DNA of 64,000 bases, taken from positions 87,345 through 151,344 of the forward strand of contig CAVXCX010000020.1 of assembly GCA_963760395.1 (NCBI GenBank). Direction: 5' to 3'. The notes beneath the pieces were generated by a model. That model had not been told where the DNA came from. It did no database searches and was given only the letters and a program-made list of their open reading frames with translations. This DNA is from an uncultured Gammaproteobacteria bacterium. GTDB lineage: Bacteria > Pseudomonadota > Gammaproteobacteria > Steroidobacterales > Woeseiaceae. Shown piece after piece: positions 41,092-51,692 of the stretch. The translations under genes were made by a program, and so were the position numbers. How positions within the stretch are numbered: position 1 is the stretch's first letter; each line of letters opens with the position of its first letter.

Positions 41092-42333
41092 TTGACTAAA
41101 CGACGTGTCGTTATAACCGGTATGGGGATTGTCTCGCCGGTGGGCAGTCGCCTTGATGACGCATGGCGAGCTGTTTGCGAGGGCGAATCCGGTATTTCCC
41201 TAATAGAAGACTTTGACACCAGCGCATTCCCGACGCGGATTGCCGGCCTCGTCAAGGACTTCGATGTCGACGACTACCTCAGCAAGAAAGACCAGCGCAA
41301 GAATGATCCGTTTATCCATTACGGGTTCGCTGCTGCGGTAAAGGCAATTGACGATGCGGGTCTCGAGATCACGCCCGACAATGGTCACACCATTGGTATC
41401 GCCATGGGGTCCGGTATCGGTGGCATCAAGTACATTGAAGACAACCATAATAAGATGCTGGCTGGCGGACCTCGCAAGGTTTCGCCGTTCTTTATCCCGG
41501 GCAGTATTATCAATATGACCTCAGGGCAGGTCAGTATTCTGCAGCACATCACTGGCCCGAACATTTCGATTGTTACCGCCTGCGCGACATCAACGCACTG
41601 CATTGGCCTCGCTGGTCGCAGCATCGAACATGGCGATGCCGAAGTTATGCTTGCTGGCGGCTCGGAATTTGCGACGACACCGCTCGCCATGGGTGGATTC
41701 TGTTCCGCGCGTGCCATGTCCACACGCAATGATGACCCAACCCATGCCAGTCGTCCGTTCGATACTGACCGCGACGGATTTGTTCTTAGTAACGGTGCCG
41801 GATGTGTTGTCCTCGAGGAGTTGGAACATGCAAAAGCTCGCGGGGCGACCATCTACGCGGAGCTGGTTGGTTTCGGTATGAGCGGCGACGCCTATCATAT
41901 TACGTTGCCACCCGCGGATGGCGAGGGCGCGCGAAAATGCATGACCGCGGCGCTTCGAGATGCGGGCATCGACGCGAGTGAAGTCGACTACGTGAATGCT
42001 CATGGGACATCAACTCCCGCCGGTGATATCGGTGAAACCGTAGGCATCAAGCGGACATTTGGTGACGCCGCAAAGAATCTGGCCGTTAGCTCAACCAAGT
42101 CCACGACCGGTCATTTGCTGGGTGCTGCCGGTGTTGTTGAAGCCATATTCTGTGCTTTGGCAATCAGGGATCAGGTGATTCCACCAACAACGAATCTGGA
42201 AAATCAGGACCCCGAATGCGATCTCGACTACGTGCCGAATGAGGCACGAGACGCGAAGGTCCGGACCGTCGTATCGAACTCATTTGGATTTGGCGGCACC
42301 AACGGAAGCCTGGTTCTTCGCGCACTTGATTGA
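41092..42333 (+). CDS. fabF: 3-oxoacyl-ACP synthase II
   Basis: KAS II sequence (active-site context VTACATSTHCIG, HGTSTP, GHLLGAAG). TTG 41092 gives (M)TKRRVVITGMG. TTG 41077 is an alternative start. Confidence 0.9.
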   Translation: MTKRRVVITGMGIVSPVGSRLDDAWRAVCEGESGISLIEDFDTSAFPTRIAGLVKDFDVDDYLSKKDQRKNDPFIHYGFAAAVKAIDDAGLEITPDNGHTIGIAMGSGIGGIKYIEDNHNKMLAGGPRKVSPFFIPGSIINMTSGQVSILQHITGPNISIVTACATSTHCIGLAGRSIEHGDAEVMLAGGSEFATTPLAMGGFCSARAMSTRNDDPTHASRPFDTDRDGFVLSNGAGCVVLEELEHAKARGATIYAELVGFGMSGDAYHITLPPADGEGARKCMTAALRDAGIDASEVDYVNAHGTSTPAGDIGETVGIKRTFGDAAKNLAVSSTKSTTGHLLGAAGVVEAIFCALAIRDQVIPPTTNLENQDPECDLDYVPNEARDAKVRTVVSNSFGFGGTNGSLVLRALD

Positions 42334-43669
42334 AACCATCAATGAGATCGCCGGCCCCGGTGATCTGCAGTTATTGCATCGTGAGCACCCCTCTCGATAC
42401 CCGTTCCTTCTGCAAAGTACAACGCGCAGTGGGGCGTTGGATCGTTTCGATATTCTGTTCGCCTTTCCTCGCGAGGAATTAGCCTTGCACGCCAACGGTG
42501 AGCTCAGTGGTTCTGGTGAGGCGAAAGGGTTTCTTGATGCCCTGGACCAGCAGTGGGTTGCCGAGCAGGTTCCGGCAGGGGGTGAGACGGTTCTGCCATT
42601 TTCCGGCGGCTGGTTCCTGTATCTCGGTTATGAGCTCGCCGGCGAAATCGAACCCGCTTTGCAGCTGCAGCAGGACTCGGTCCTGCCGGTGGCATTTGCC
42701 GTGCGTTGCCCGGCTGCGCTGATTTTTGACCACGAGAAGTCGGCCTGCTTCCTGGTCCGGGAGGCGCAAGCCTCGGCCGATTGGGACATTGTAAAAAGGG
42801 ACCTTTCAAATCTGAACAAATGCGTACCGCGACCATCTCGGATGATCGACGTCGTGCGCGAAGATGAGCCGAATCGATTCGTTGATGCGGTGCAACAGGC
42901 GCAACGCTATATTGCGGCTGGAGATATCTACCAGGCAAATCTCTCCCGGGAATGGTCCTCCGATCTTGCAAGCAATGTGTGCGGCAGTGATATCTATACG
43001 TCGCTGTGTGAAGCGAATCCAGGACCTTTCGCCGGTATTGCCCATTGGCACGGTGTGGACATCATTTCATCATCTCCGGAGCGTTTGTTGAGCGTGCGCA
43101 ATGGCATCGCGGCAACACGACCTATTGCAGGTACGCGGCCGCGTTCTGAGAACGATCAACAGGACGCTTCCTTGTCCACCGAACTGTTTTCACACCCCAA
43201 GGAGCTTGCGGAGCATGTCATGCTGATTGATCTCGAGCGCAATGACCTTGGTAGAGTCTGCGTAGCCGGATCGGTTGAAGTTGACGAGATGATGGTTCTG
43301 GAAAGCTATGCGCATGTTCACCACATAGTTTCAAACGTGCGCGGCCGAATACGCGATGACGTGAAGCCGGGGCAGGCCATCGCTGCTGTATTCCCCGGCG
43401 GAACCATTACCGGTTGCCCGAAGGTTCGGTGTATGGAGATTATCTCCGAGCTGGAAGTTGGCCCGCGCGGTGCTTATACGGGATCTTTCGGCTACCTCAA
43501 TCGTGACGGCAGCATGGATCTCAATATTCTCATTCGCACCATGGTGAAGGATGGCGACAGACTCACATTTCGTGCCGGTTGCGGTATCGTTGCGGACTCT
43601 GATGCCAGTGCTGAACTTGAAGAAACACGTGCAAAAGCCAAGGGAATGTTGAGGGCGCTGGAGCGATGA
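42326..43669 (+). CDS. pabB: Aminodeoxychorismate synthase component I
   Basis: Chorismate-binding family (SPERLL, PGGTITGCPK, YTGSFGY). The ORF-track start at 42239 overlaps fabF by 95 nt, so TTG 42326 is preferred. pabC follows. Confidence 0.75.
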   Translation: MIETINEIAGPGDLQLLHREHPSRYPFLLQSTTRSGALDRFDILFAFPREELALHANGELSGSGEAKGFLDALDQQWVAEQVPAGGETVLPFSGGWFLYLGYELAGEIEPALQLQQDSVLPVAFAVRCPAALIFDHEKSACFLVREAQASADWDIVKRDLSNLNKCVPRPSRMIDVVREDEPNRFVDAVQQAQRYIAAGDIYQANLSREWSSDLASNVCGSDIYTSLCEANPGPFAGIAHWHGVDIISSSPERLLSVRNGIAATRPIAGTRPRSENDQQDASLSTELFSHPKELAEHVMLIDLERNDLGRVCVAGSVEVDEMMVLESYAHVHHIVSNVRGRIRDDVKPGQAIAAVFPGGTITGCPKVRCMEIISELEVGPRGAYTGSFGYLNRDGSMDLNILIRTMVKDGDRLTFRAGCGIVADSDASAELEETRAKAKGMLRALER

Positions 43670-44511
43670 GTCAGTGGTTTCGCAACGGTGAATCACTGAG
43701 CGAGGTTTCGATCGACGATCGCGCCTTTCAGTATGGTGACGGGCTGTTTGAGACGGTGGCAATCCGTGATGGTCGGCCGAGACTCTGGAATTATCATCTC
43801 GAACGCCTGCAGCTCGGCTGTGAAAAACTGCGCCTGCTTAAACCAGCCGATGAGGCGCTGCGAGCTTCGTTGGACCTCGCCATTCGGGCCAGCGACGCAG
43901 ACCGGTCACACTGTACGGCCAAGATCATACTGAGTGCCGGAATTTCTGCGCGCGGTTATGCGCGTAGCGCAGCAACTTCAGGCACCGAATTTGTGGGCGT
44001 ATTCTCGTCGCAGGCACTTGCGGCGGAACATTATCGCGAGGGCGTCGATACAATGCTGTGCGATACTCGCCTTGCGATGTTCTCGGCAACTGCCGGCTGC
44101 AAAACACTGAATCGACTTGAACAAGTACTCGCCCGACTTGAAATTGCGCCCGGTGAAGCGTTCGAGGGGTTTACGCTGGACGCAGATGGTCGCGTTATCT
44201 GCGGTACCATGAGCAACGTGTTCATTGTCACCGCTAACACCATTGCCACACCGTCTCTCGATCGTTGCGGCGTTGCCGGCGTAATGCGGCGTCATACGAT
44301 CGAGACTCTGCGTCAAACCGGCGATACCGTGATGATTCGGGATATCAGCGAGTCGGAGCTTATGCACAGCGATGAAGTATTTATCTGCAACAGTCAGTTC
44401 GGAATTCTGCCGGTGCGGCGTTGCGGCGATAAGGTGTGGCATGCACATACGAGGACGCGCTCCGTCATGAGGGCGCTGGCGAGTAGCGGCATCGTAGAGT
44501 GCACACAATGA
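43666..44511 (+). CDS. pabC: Aminodeoxychorismate lyase (class IV aminotransferase fold)
   Basis: 281-aa ORF with DRAFQYGDGLFET. It has a 4-nt overlap with pabB. Confidence 0.8.
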   Translation: MSQWFRNGESLSEVSIDDRAFQYGDGLFETVAIRDGRPRLWNYHLERLQLGCEKLRLLKPADEALRASLDLAIRASDADRSHCTAKIILSAGISARGYARSAATSGTEFVGVFSSQALAAEHYREGVDTMLCDTRLAMFSATAGCKTLNRLEQVLARLEIAPGEAFEGFTLDADGRVICGTMSNVFIVTANTIATPSLDRCGVAGVMRRHTIETLRQTGDTVMIRDISESELMHSDEVFICNSQFGILPVRRCGDKVWHAHTRTRSVMRALASSGIVECTQ

Positions 44512-45530
44512 AGCGCGTGCCGGCCATTTTGCTGATCCTGGCGCTGGTGCTGGCGGCGGGTCTCGGCACGATCGCAATTCAGGTCGATCGCTTCATGTCG
44601 AGCGAAGCATCGGTTCCCGATAACGGCCTGGACTTCGAAATTCCCAACGGCAGCTCATTCTCGGCTGTCGCCGGTAAACTCGTTAAACAGGGCATCATTG
44701 AGAATGATCGCTGGTTTCGGCTTTACGCGCGCTGGAGCGGTGCGGCAAGCCAGGTGCAGGCCGGCCACTACCTGTTGTTACCGGGAGCGACCCCTGCGTC
44801 GATGCTGGAACAATTTACCAGTGGCGCGGTGAGATTGTTTTCTTTCACGATTATTGAGGGCTGGAACCATCGCGATCTTCTTGCGGCACTTCATGCTGAT
44901 GAGGCGATCCAGGCGACGATGACGGACGAAGACTGGCCGGGATTGCTCACCGAGCTTGGCGCTGACGTAATGCATCCGGAAGGGCTGTTTTTGCCTGAGA
45001 CCTATCGGTTCGCGCGCGATACCACCGACCGTCAGCTGTTGGCCCAGGCCTATACGCTCATGCAGAAGGTCCTGGCCGTTGAATGGAGCGATCGGGATTC
45101 GGCAACGCCGCTGAAGTCGCCGTATGAAGCGTTGATTCTCGGCTCCATCGTCGAGAAGGAGACAGGGCGCGCAGACGAACGACAACGCATTGCGGGTGTG
45201 TTTTCGCGCCGGATGCAAATTGGCATGCGTCTGCAGACGGATCCAACGGTCATCTACGGTATTGGGGCCGGCTTCAATGGCAACTTAACGCGGAAAAACT
45301 TACGTACCGATACGCCCTACAACACGTACACTCGGAGTGGACTGCCACCGACGCCCATAGCGATGCCCGGGCGAGCAGCCATTCATGCGGCGCTCAATCC
45401 GGCGACGGGAAACGAGCTGTACTTCGTTGCAACCGGACTCGGCGATGGAGGTCATCGCTTTTCGGCGACTAAAGCGGAACATGATGCGGCCGTTGCAGAA
45501 TATCTGAAGCAACTGCGTAAGCGCCGTTGA
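44508..45530 (+). CDS. mltG: Endolytic murein transglycosylase (YceG family)
   Basis: ATG 44508 (MKRVPAILL...) forms an ATGA overlap with the pabC stop. YceG-like motifs are present (ASIVEKET-like GSIVEKETG, YNTYTRSGLPPTPI). Confidence 0.88.
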   Translation: MKRVPAILLILALVLAAGLGTIAIQVDRFMSSEASVPDNGLDFEIPNGSSFSAVAGKLVKQGIIENDRWFRLYARWSGAASQVQAGHYLLLPGATPASMLEQFTSGAVRLFSFTIIEGWNHRDLLAALHADEAIQATMTDEDWPGLLTELGADVMHPEGLFLPETYRFARDTTDRQLLAQAYTLMQKVLAVEWSDRDSATPLKSPYEALILGSIVEKETGRADERQRIAGVFSRRMQIGMRLQTDPTVIYGIGAGFNGNLTRKNLRTDTPYNTYTRSGLPPTPIAMPGRAAIHAALNPATGNELYFVATGLGDGGHRFSATKAEHDAAVAEYLKQLRKRR

Positions 45531-45543
45531 CAGGGAGGGTGAT

Positions 45544-46173
45544 GTGGAGCGCGGCAAGTTCATAAGCATTGAAGGGATCGAAGGCGTCGGCAAGTCGACA
45601 AACATGGCGGTCCTGGTGAAGCACATCGAGACTGCCGGGCACCAGGTACTGACGACCCGTGAGCCGGGCGGCACACCGCTCGCCGAAGAGATCCGCGACA
45701 TGCTGAAGGATCGCAACGACGAGCCTATTCCCGAGGTCGCCGAGCTGCTGCTGCTGTTCGCGGCGCGATCCCTCAACGTCAACAACGTGATTTTGCCTGC
45801 CCTGGAGGCGGGTACCTGGGTCGTTAGTGACCGATTTACAGACTCCAGTCGCGCCTATCAGGGGGGCGGTCGTGGAATCCCGATGGACACCATTGATCGG
45901 CTTGCCGACTGGGTTCATGGCGATACCTGGCCCGATCTGACGATATTGCTGGATGCCCCGGTCGAGATCGGCATGCAGCGGGCAGACGAGCGGGGCGTGC
46001 GCGACCGTTTCGAACAGGAGCGACATGACTTTTTCCAACGTGTTCGGGAGTGCTATCTGCAACTTGCGTTGACGGAGCCCGAGCGCTTCGTCGTTCTGGA
46101 TACCACGCAGAGCCGCGATGCGGTGGCTGCAGAGATTCGCCTGCTCGTCGATCAGCTCTTAGTTAATAATTAA
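45544..46173 (+). CDS. tmk: Thymidylate kinase
   Basis: 209-aa ORF with a GTG start and P-loop FISIEGIEGVGKST. Confidence 0.9.
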   Translation: MERGKFISIEGIEGVGKSTNMAVLVKHIETAGHQVLTTREPGGTPLAEEIRDMLKDRNDEPIPEVAELLLLFAARSLNVNNVILPALEAGTWVVSDRFTDSSRAYQGGGRGIPMDTIDRLADWVHGDTWPDLTILLDAPVEIGMQRADERGVRDRFEQERHDFFQRVRECYLQLALTEPERFVVLDTTQSRDAVAAEIRLLVDQLLVNN

Positions 46174-46203
46174 CCTTAATAAAATAATATAAGTAATTGT
46201 TTT

Positions 46204-47190
46204 ATGGAATTATCCTGGCAATCTGAATTTGCAAGAAATTGGCGCGATCGAATCGCCCAAGGGCGTCAGCCTCACGCGATCCTGTTGCTGGGCCCGGCAG
46301 GTGTGGGCAAGCGGGCCGCCGCAGCCTGGATCGCCCGACTGGCCCTGGAGCCGGCGCAATGCGGGCAACTACCGAGCCATCCGGTCGAAATCCTGGAGCA
46401 CCCGGATCTTCGCTGGATATCCCCGCTGGAGGACAAGCAGGCCATCGGTATCGACCAGATTCGCCGCCTCGTCAGCGATCTTGGCCTGACCAGCTATGCC
46501 GGCGACGGCAAGGTAGCGGTAGTCGAACCGGCCAACGCCATGACCGACAGCGCCGCCAACAGCCTGCTCAAGACGCTTGAAGAACCCCCTGGTGATGCGC
46601 TGCTTATCCTGATTGCCGATCGGGTGGGCCGGCTACCGGCGACCATCTTTAGTCGATGCCAACGCATCGAATTTACGCAGCCAGCCGAAGCGGCGGCGCT
46701 GGAGTGGCTCAATCGACTGCATCCAGGCAGCGCCTGGACAGAAGCCTTGCGATCCGCCGGAGGCGCGCCGATAGGCGCGATCGCGGCCTTAGACAATCTC
46801 GAAACCAGCGCGGCGATGGCGCGCGATTTCAACGCAGTTGGGCGAGGCGAGAGCTCACCGGTTGCCGTCGCTGCGCGCTGCTCGAAGCTCGACCCTGCGT
46901 TCGTTCTGAACTGGTTGGCTCAACAGGTCAATCTGATGGCTGTCGCGCAATCTGCGGGTCGTGACAAGGCCCAGGGTCTGGTAATCGACGATTCTGTGCT
47001 ACGGCGCATGGACAGGCGAAATCTGTTCTGCTATTTAGACATAATAAATCGGCTACGTGGTCAGCCTGGCGGTTCCTATAACGTCCAGCTGACTTTTGAG
47101 GGCCTCTTGATCGATTGGGCTGGCGGGCTTAAGGACTGCGGGCCCGAAGAACCAAACGACGGCATGAACCTGATGCTGGCGAGCCGCTAG
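46204..47190 (+). CDS. holB: DNA polymerase III delta' subunit
   Basis: 328-aa ORF with HAILLLGPAGVGKR and the SRCQ motif (IFSRCQRIEF). Confidence 0.85.
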   Translation: MELSWQSEFARNWRDRIAQGRQPHAILLLGPAGVGKRAAAAWIARLALEPAQCGQLPSHPVEILEHPDLRWISPLEDKQAIGIDQIRRLVSDLGLTSYAGDGKVAVVEPANAMTDSAANSLLKTLEEPPGDALLILIADRVGRLPATIFSRCQRIEFTQPAEAAALEWLNRLHPGSAWTEALRSAGGAPIGAIAALDNLETSAAMARDFNAVGRGESSPVAVAARCSKLDPAFVLNWLAQQVNLMAVAQSAGRDKAQGLVIDDSVLRRMDRRNLFCYLDIINRLRGQPGGSYNVQLTFEGLLIDWAGGLKDCGPEEPNDGMNLMLASR

Positions 47191-47234
47191 ACCAATTGCA
47201 ATAAACGTCGCCAACCGGGCAAAAAGGGCAAGTA

Positions 47235-47573
47235 ATGAGCAAACCAGGACTGCTAACACTCACCATTAAGGACAAGAGTGCGCTGTATCTCGCGTACATG
47301 CCCTACGTAATCAATGGCGGGCTGTTTATTCCTACCAGTAGCTCCTACAAGCTTGGCGATGAGGTATTCATGCTGCTGAACCTGATGGGCGAGGAGGAGA
47401 AAATACCGGTCGCAGGAACGGTGATCTGGATGACGCCGAAAGGCGCTCAAGGCAAGCGGACGGCGGGCATAGGCGTGCAGTTCAGCGACCAGGACCAGGG
47501 AAACACGCAGAAGAAAATCGAAACCTACCTGGCAGGCGCACTCGGCGGCGACAAACCTACCCACACGATGTAA
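47235..47573 (+). CDS. pilZ: PilZ-domain protein (type IV pilus assembly PilZ type)
   Basis: 112-aa ORF with GGLFIPT and GIGVQF. It has the conserved position after holB. Confidence 0.8.
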   Translation: MSKPGLLTLTIKDKSALYLAYMPYVINGGLFIPTSSSYKLGDEVFMLLNLMGEEEKIPVAGTVIWMTPKGAQGKRTAGIGVQFSDQDQGNTQKKIETYLAGALGGDKPTHTM

Positions 47574-47594
47574 TCCCGGCTGGGCTGAATCCCG

Positions 47595-48641
47595 CTAGCC
47601 CTGCTCTGTGTTGATGCCGTCGCGCAATACGTAGGCTTTGTAGCCGCGCTCACTGAGAATATAGGCTCCGGCCGAGCTACGGCGTCCGGTATCGCAACAA
47701 ACGATGTATTTCTTCTCAGGGTCCAGCGTCGATATCTTGAGGCGTATGAAATACAGCGGGATGTTGATGGCACCATCAAGGCGCTGATTTTCAAATTCGC
47801 TGGGCAACCTCACGTCGAGCCACTGGCCGCCGGACTGCACAATCTCCTGTGCCTGTTCCTTGGAAACCCAGTCCAGCATCGGCTCGTTCAATAACTTCTT
47901 GAAGTCCTCTTTGCCGAGGCGCATCACCGATCCGTCCGTCTGCATCGTCACCGTGGCGTTGCGCTTGGCTTCGGATATCAAAGCTTCCTCGCCAAATGTG
48001 TCACCTACGTGCAGCTCCGCGAGTTTAATCCCTTCCTTACTGAGCGGCGTTTCGCGGGTCACCAGCGCATTGCCGCGGATCAGTACATAAAAGTAGTCGC
48101 CTTCGGCACCTTGTTTCAGGATGACATCACCGGACTTATAGTTGATCTGCTGCATGCGCATGAAGATCGCCTGGATATTGGCAGGCGGAATCTTGTGGAA
48201 CGCCTTGGTCTGCAGCAACATCGTCATCCAGTCTTCATTGCCCTCATCAGACCGACCGGCCAGTTCCGAAACCTCGTAGGTGCCGGTCTGGTCCCAGGTA
48301 AGCATGACGTCAAGCAGATCGCTGTCGATCGACAAGAACTGCACTCGATCACGGGCACGAGCGGAGATGCGGCGCGGGAAGACCGGTGCGACAGGATTGC
48401 GGGCAAACTCGGTGCCGCCATCGATTTTGCCGACGACTTTGGCCTGATCGACCAGCTCGAGCGTACCGGAAACCACATAAATCGTGCGTTTTTCGGTGTC
48501 ACCCTCTTTGAAGAGCATTTGTCCGGGCGATAGCTCCCGAATCTGCACCTTACGGGCGAGCGCCGCGAGATTGTCCCGTTTGAGACCATCCAGCGGAGAA
48601 AACCGCCTGAGCATTTCAGTGCTTACCTGCTCAGCTGCCAT
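47595..48641 (-). CDS. Protein with two cyclic-nucleotide-binding domains and a C-terminal rhodanese domain
   Basis: 348-aa ORF. It has two cNMP-like beta-barrel regions (second: GDYFYVLIRGN...FGEEALISEAKRNATV) and a rhodanese loop CCDTGRRS. Confidence 0.7.
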   Translation of the reverse strand: MAAEQVSTEMLRRFSPLDGLKRDNLAALARKVQIRELSPGQMLFKEGDTEKRTIYVVSGTLELVDQAKVVGKIDGGTEFARNPVAPVFPRRISARARDRVQFLSIDSDLLDVMLTWDQTGTYEVSELAGRSDEGNEDWMTMLLQTKAFHKIPPANIQAIFMRMQQINYKSGDVILKQGAEGDYFYVLIRGNALVTRETPLSKEGIKLAELHVGDTFGEEALISEAKRNATVTMQTDGSVMRLGKEDFKKLLNEPMLDWVSKEQAQEIVQSGGQWLDVRLPSEFENQRLDGAINIPLYFIRLKISTLDPEKKYIVCCDTGRRSSAGAYILSERGYKAYVLRDGINTEQG

Positions 48642-48799
48642 TGTGTGTCCAGAAATAAATCGCCATTCGCTCTTCGTTGTGGTTCTTGCTTTGCAGGCGG
48701 CATTCTACCTTTAATTCAACGACTTCCGGTACCCGTTAAATAGCGCATCGTGAATCACCGCACAGTTTATTATCCAATATGGGGCTCAGGTCACAACCG

Positions 48800-50815
48800 T
48801 TACAGCTCTGACCAGCCTGCATGCGGCTTAAATCGGTCGCCGTGGCGATCAGCAAGCCTCTTGAGCGCCGAGAGCACCTCTGCTTTGCCTCGTTCCCGCG
48901 CGTAGTTCAGTGGGCCACCGCGAAATGGAGCGAATCCTGTCCCGAAGATGACGCCGGCGTCCAGGAGATCGGCCTCTTTGACGACTCCTTCATGCAGGCA
49001 AGCCACTGCTTCGTTGACCATCGGCAGGATCAGCCTGTCCTGGATATCGTCCGGAATATTTGCGTTATCTGCCGCCGGTTTGATGGCCTTGCCATCCTCC
49101 CAGCGATAAAAGCCCTGACCGGATTTCCTGCCTATCAAGCCTTCGTCCACCATCTTCGAGAGGTGTGCCGGGATCGGACGATTCATGGCAGCACCCAGCA
49201 CTTTCGAAACATGCAGCGCAACGTCGAGCCCGACGCTGTCGACCAGTTCGACAGGTCCCATCGGCATGCCGAAGGCCTCCGCCGCCCGATCAATCTCCAC
49301 CAGCGGCACACCATCCTCGTGCAGATGCATCGCCTCCGCCATGTAAGGGGCGAGGATACGATTGACCACAAACCCTGGCGAACTGGCGCACTCCAGCGGC
49401 AATTTGCCGATGCCCTTGGTGAATGCGAAGCCGATGTCCATTGCTTCCTGATCGGTGTCTTCACACCGTATGACCTCGACCAGCGGCAACATTGCCACAG
49501 GGTTAAAGAAGTGCAGTCCGATGAAACGCCGCGGCTCATCAAGCACTGTGCGCAGTTCCTCCAGCCGAATACTGGAGGTGTTACTGGCAAGCAGGGCGCC
49601 GGGTTTCATCTTCGCTTGCAGCACTTTGTACAGCTCCTGCTTTGCTTCGAGGTTTTCATAGATGGCCTCGATGATCAGGTCGGCGTCGGCCGCGCCGTCA
49701 CCGTTCACGTCGGCGCGCAATCGCTGCTCCGTCTTTGTTCGTTCGTCCGCATTGCGAACGCGTTTTTCGAACAGTTTCCTGGCCCGCGCAAGTGCCGGAT
49801 CGATATATTTTTGCTCCCGATCCTGCAAGGTTACGGTGTGCCCGCGCAGCGCACACCAGGCGGCGATATCGCCACCCATGACCCCGGCTCCAACAACATG
49901 AACATGCCGGATCTTCGTTTCGGTCTTGCTACCTTGTCCCTTCAGGCGGCTTTGCAGGAAGAATACGCGCACAAGATTGCGTGAACTGCTGCTGCACATC
50001 AGGCTGGCGAAGCTTCGTGCCTCCGCCTCATAGCCGCTCTTTGTCGACGCTCCATCGGATGCCCAGATGTCGATCATTGCGTAAGGGGCAGGGTAATGTT
50101 CCTTGCGAGCCTTGCTGCGAACCTGCTTCAGCAACATGTTGCGAACGAATGACCTCGCCACTTTGAGGTTCATCAGGCGATCGACCAGCGGCGCACGTTG
50201 CTTTGGTTTAGCTGCCTGAATCAGGTTAGCCGCGGCGCTGCGCCAGTCATCATCAGCAACGATCTTATCTATCAGCCCGATTCGGCGTCCCTTGGATGGC
50301 GTGATCGGGTTACCGGTCAGCATCAAAGGCATGCCAGCCCGGACGCCGCAAATCTGGATGGCACGAACGGTGCCACCAAATCCCGGATGCAGGCCGAGCT
50401 TCACCTCCGGAAGACCCAGGATGCGCTGATCGGATTCCAGCGAAATCCGGTAATCGCAAGCCATCGCAAGCTCCAGGCCGCCGCCAAGGCAGACACCGTT
50501 GATTACCGCGACGCTTGGGCACTTGAGATTTTCGATACGATTGAATAACTGCTGGCCCTGTGAGACGAGTTCATAGGCCAGCTGCTCTGATTCGATGCCA
50601 ACGAATTCCTTGATGTCGGCACCCATGACAAAGCTACCTGATTTGCCCGAATGCACGACAAGTCCACGAGGCGGCTTCGCCTCGAGCTGCTTCAGGATGT
50701 CATCGAGTTCGAGCATGACCTCTGACGAAAGCACATTTGCACTTGCGTCGGCCTTGTCAATGCACAACCAGAAGATTCCGTCGTCGTCAGTGTTCGTTTT
50801 CCAATGTTGGTTCAT
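48800..50815 (-). CDS. Fatty-acid oxidation complex alpha subunit-like enzyme (enoyl-CoA hydratase + 3-hydroxyacyl-CoA dehydrogenase)
   Basis: The start was moved to ATG 50815 (MNQHWKTN...), which removes the overlap with the next gene. It has a crotonase N-domain and a GAGVMGGDIA Rossmann motif. Confidence 0.85.
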   Translation of the reverse strand: MNQHWKTNTDDDGIFWLCIDKADASANVLSSEVMLELDDILKQLEAKPPRGLVVHSGKSGSFVMGADIKEFVGIESEQLAYELVSQGQQLFNRIENLKCPSVAVINGVCLGGGLELAMACDYRISLESDQRILGLPEVKLGLHPGFGGTVRAIQICGVRAGMPLMLTGNPITPSKGRRIGLIDKIVADDDWRSAAANLIQAAKPKQRAPLVDRLMNLKVARSFVRNMLLKQVRSKARKEHYPAPYAMIDIWASDGASTKSGYEAEARSFASLMCSSSSRNLVRVFFLQSRLKGQGSKTETKIRHVHVVGAGVMGGDIAAWCALRGHTVTLQDREQKYIDPALARARKLFEKRVRNADERTKTEQRLRADVNGDGAADADLIIEAIYENLEAKQELYKVLQAKMKPGALLASNTSSIRLEELRTVLDEPRRFIGLHFFNPVAMLPLVEVIRCEDTDQEAMDIGFAFTKGIGKLPLECASSPGFVVNRILAPYMAEAMHLHEDGVPLVEIDRAAEAFGMPMGPVELVDSVGLDVALHVSKVLGAAMNRPIPAHLSKMVDEGLIGRKSGQGFYRWEDGKAIKPAADNANIPDDIQDRLILPMVNEAVACLHEGVVKEADLLDAGVIFGTGFAPFRGGPLNYARERGKAEVLSALKRLADRHGDRFKPHAGWSEL

Positions 50816-50831
50816 TTTCAGATTGCTCTTG

Positions 50832-51566
50832 TCAGGCGAGTTCAAAGTCACAGACCAATGGCATATGGTCTGACAGTTTGACATCCGGGATTTCAAACGA
50901 TGTTACCTGGAGGCCATCCTGGTAAAGGATGAAATCCAGTTCCTTGCGTGGTGCACGGCTCGGATACGTTGGTTGGCTTTCTGTGTTCGCTGAACGCAGG
51001 CCTGCCGCTTTCATGAACAGGTAGATTTCGTTTTCACCCCAGAAGGTGTTGAAATCACCGGCTACCAGCACTGGCTTGCTGGTTGCCTGGATCAAGTCAT
51101 ACAGGTGGCGCAGCTGCAAATGGCGATGCCGATACTTGAGCGAAAGGTGCACGAGGAAGATTGCATAGTCCTTCATCTCGAGCTCTATGATAAGGCGCTT
51201 GATACCGGTGTCGAAGTAATGAAAGGTCTCGCCGTGAACTCGCGGCGCAGCCATAAAAGCGTTTCCCTGCATGCGCACGATTGGCAGCAGCTGATTAAAA
51301 GACTTCTGGCCGTACTTGGTCTCGTAGGACGCGTTCATGCCAAGGTCGGCGGCGAGTTTCTCGGCTTGATTGACATTGCGGCTGCGGATGGAGCCCGTAT
51401 CGACTTCGATCAGGCCGACAACGTCAGGATCGACTGATTTGATGAACTTCGCAATCTCCGGCAGCACCGTCTGGTTTCCCAGAACGTAGCCCGCGCCGGG
51501 CAGGGGCATATGCATGCTCGCGCCACCGCCAACCGCGTATCGGATGTTATATAAAAGAAGCCTCAT
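50832..51566 (-). CDS. Endonuclease/exonuclease/phosphatase (EEP) family protein
   Basis: 244-aa ORF with LLLYNIRY, VAGDFN, and a C-terminal SDHMPLVCDF. Confidence 0.75.
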   Translation of the reverse strand: MRLLLYNIRYAVGGGASMHMPLPGAGYVLGNQTVLPEIAKFIKSVDPDVVGLIEVDTGSIRSRNVNQAEKLAADLGMNASYETKYGQKSFNQLLPIVRMQGNAFMAAPRVHGETFHYFDTGIKRLIIELEMKDYAIFLVHLSLKYRHRHLQLRHLYDLIQATSKPVLVAGDFNTFWGENEIYLFMKAAGLRSANTESQPTYPSRAPRKELDFILYQDGLQVTSFEIPDVKLSDHMPLVCDFELA

Positions 51567-51692
51567 GCGGCGCTACGATACCGAAAGCCCCATGGCATGG
51601 AAACCACTGAGATCAATCTGTGACAAGGATTTCGCGGGGAGGCGTCGAATTGGCTAAACTACGGGAAAGGGGCCGCTAAAACGGAGTGCACG

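Noticed and set aside
48821-49984. 387-aa plus-strand ORF
   Set aside because: It is antisense to the FadJ-like gene, whose hydratase and dehydrogenase motifs are unambiguous. This is a shadow ORF.
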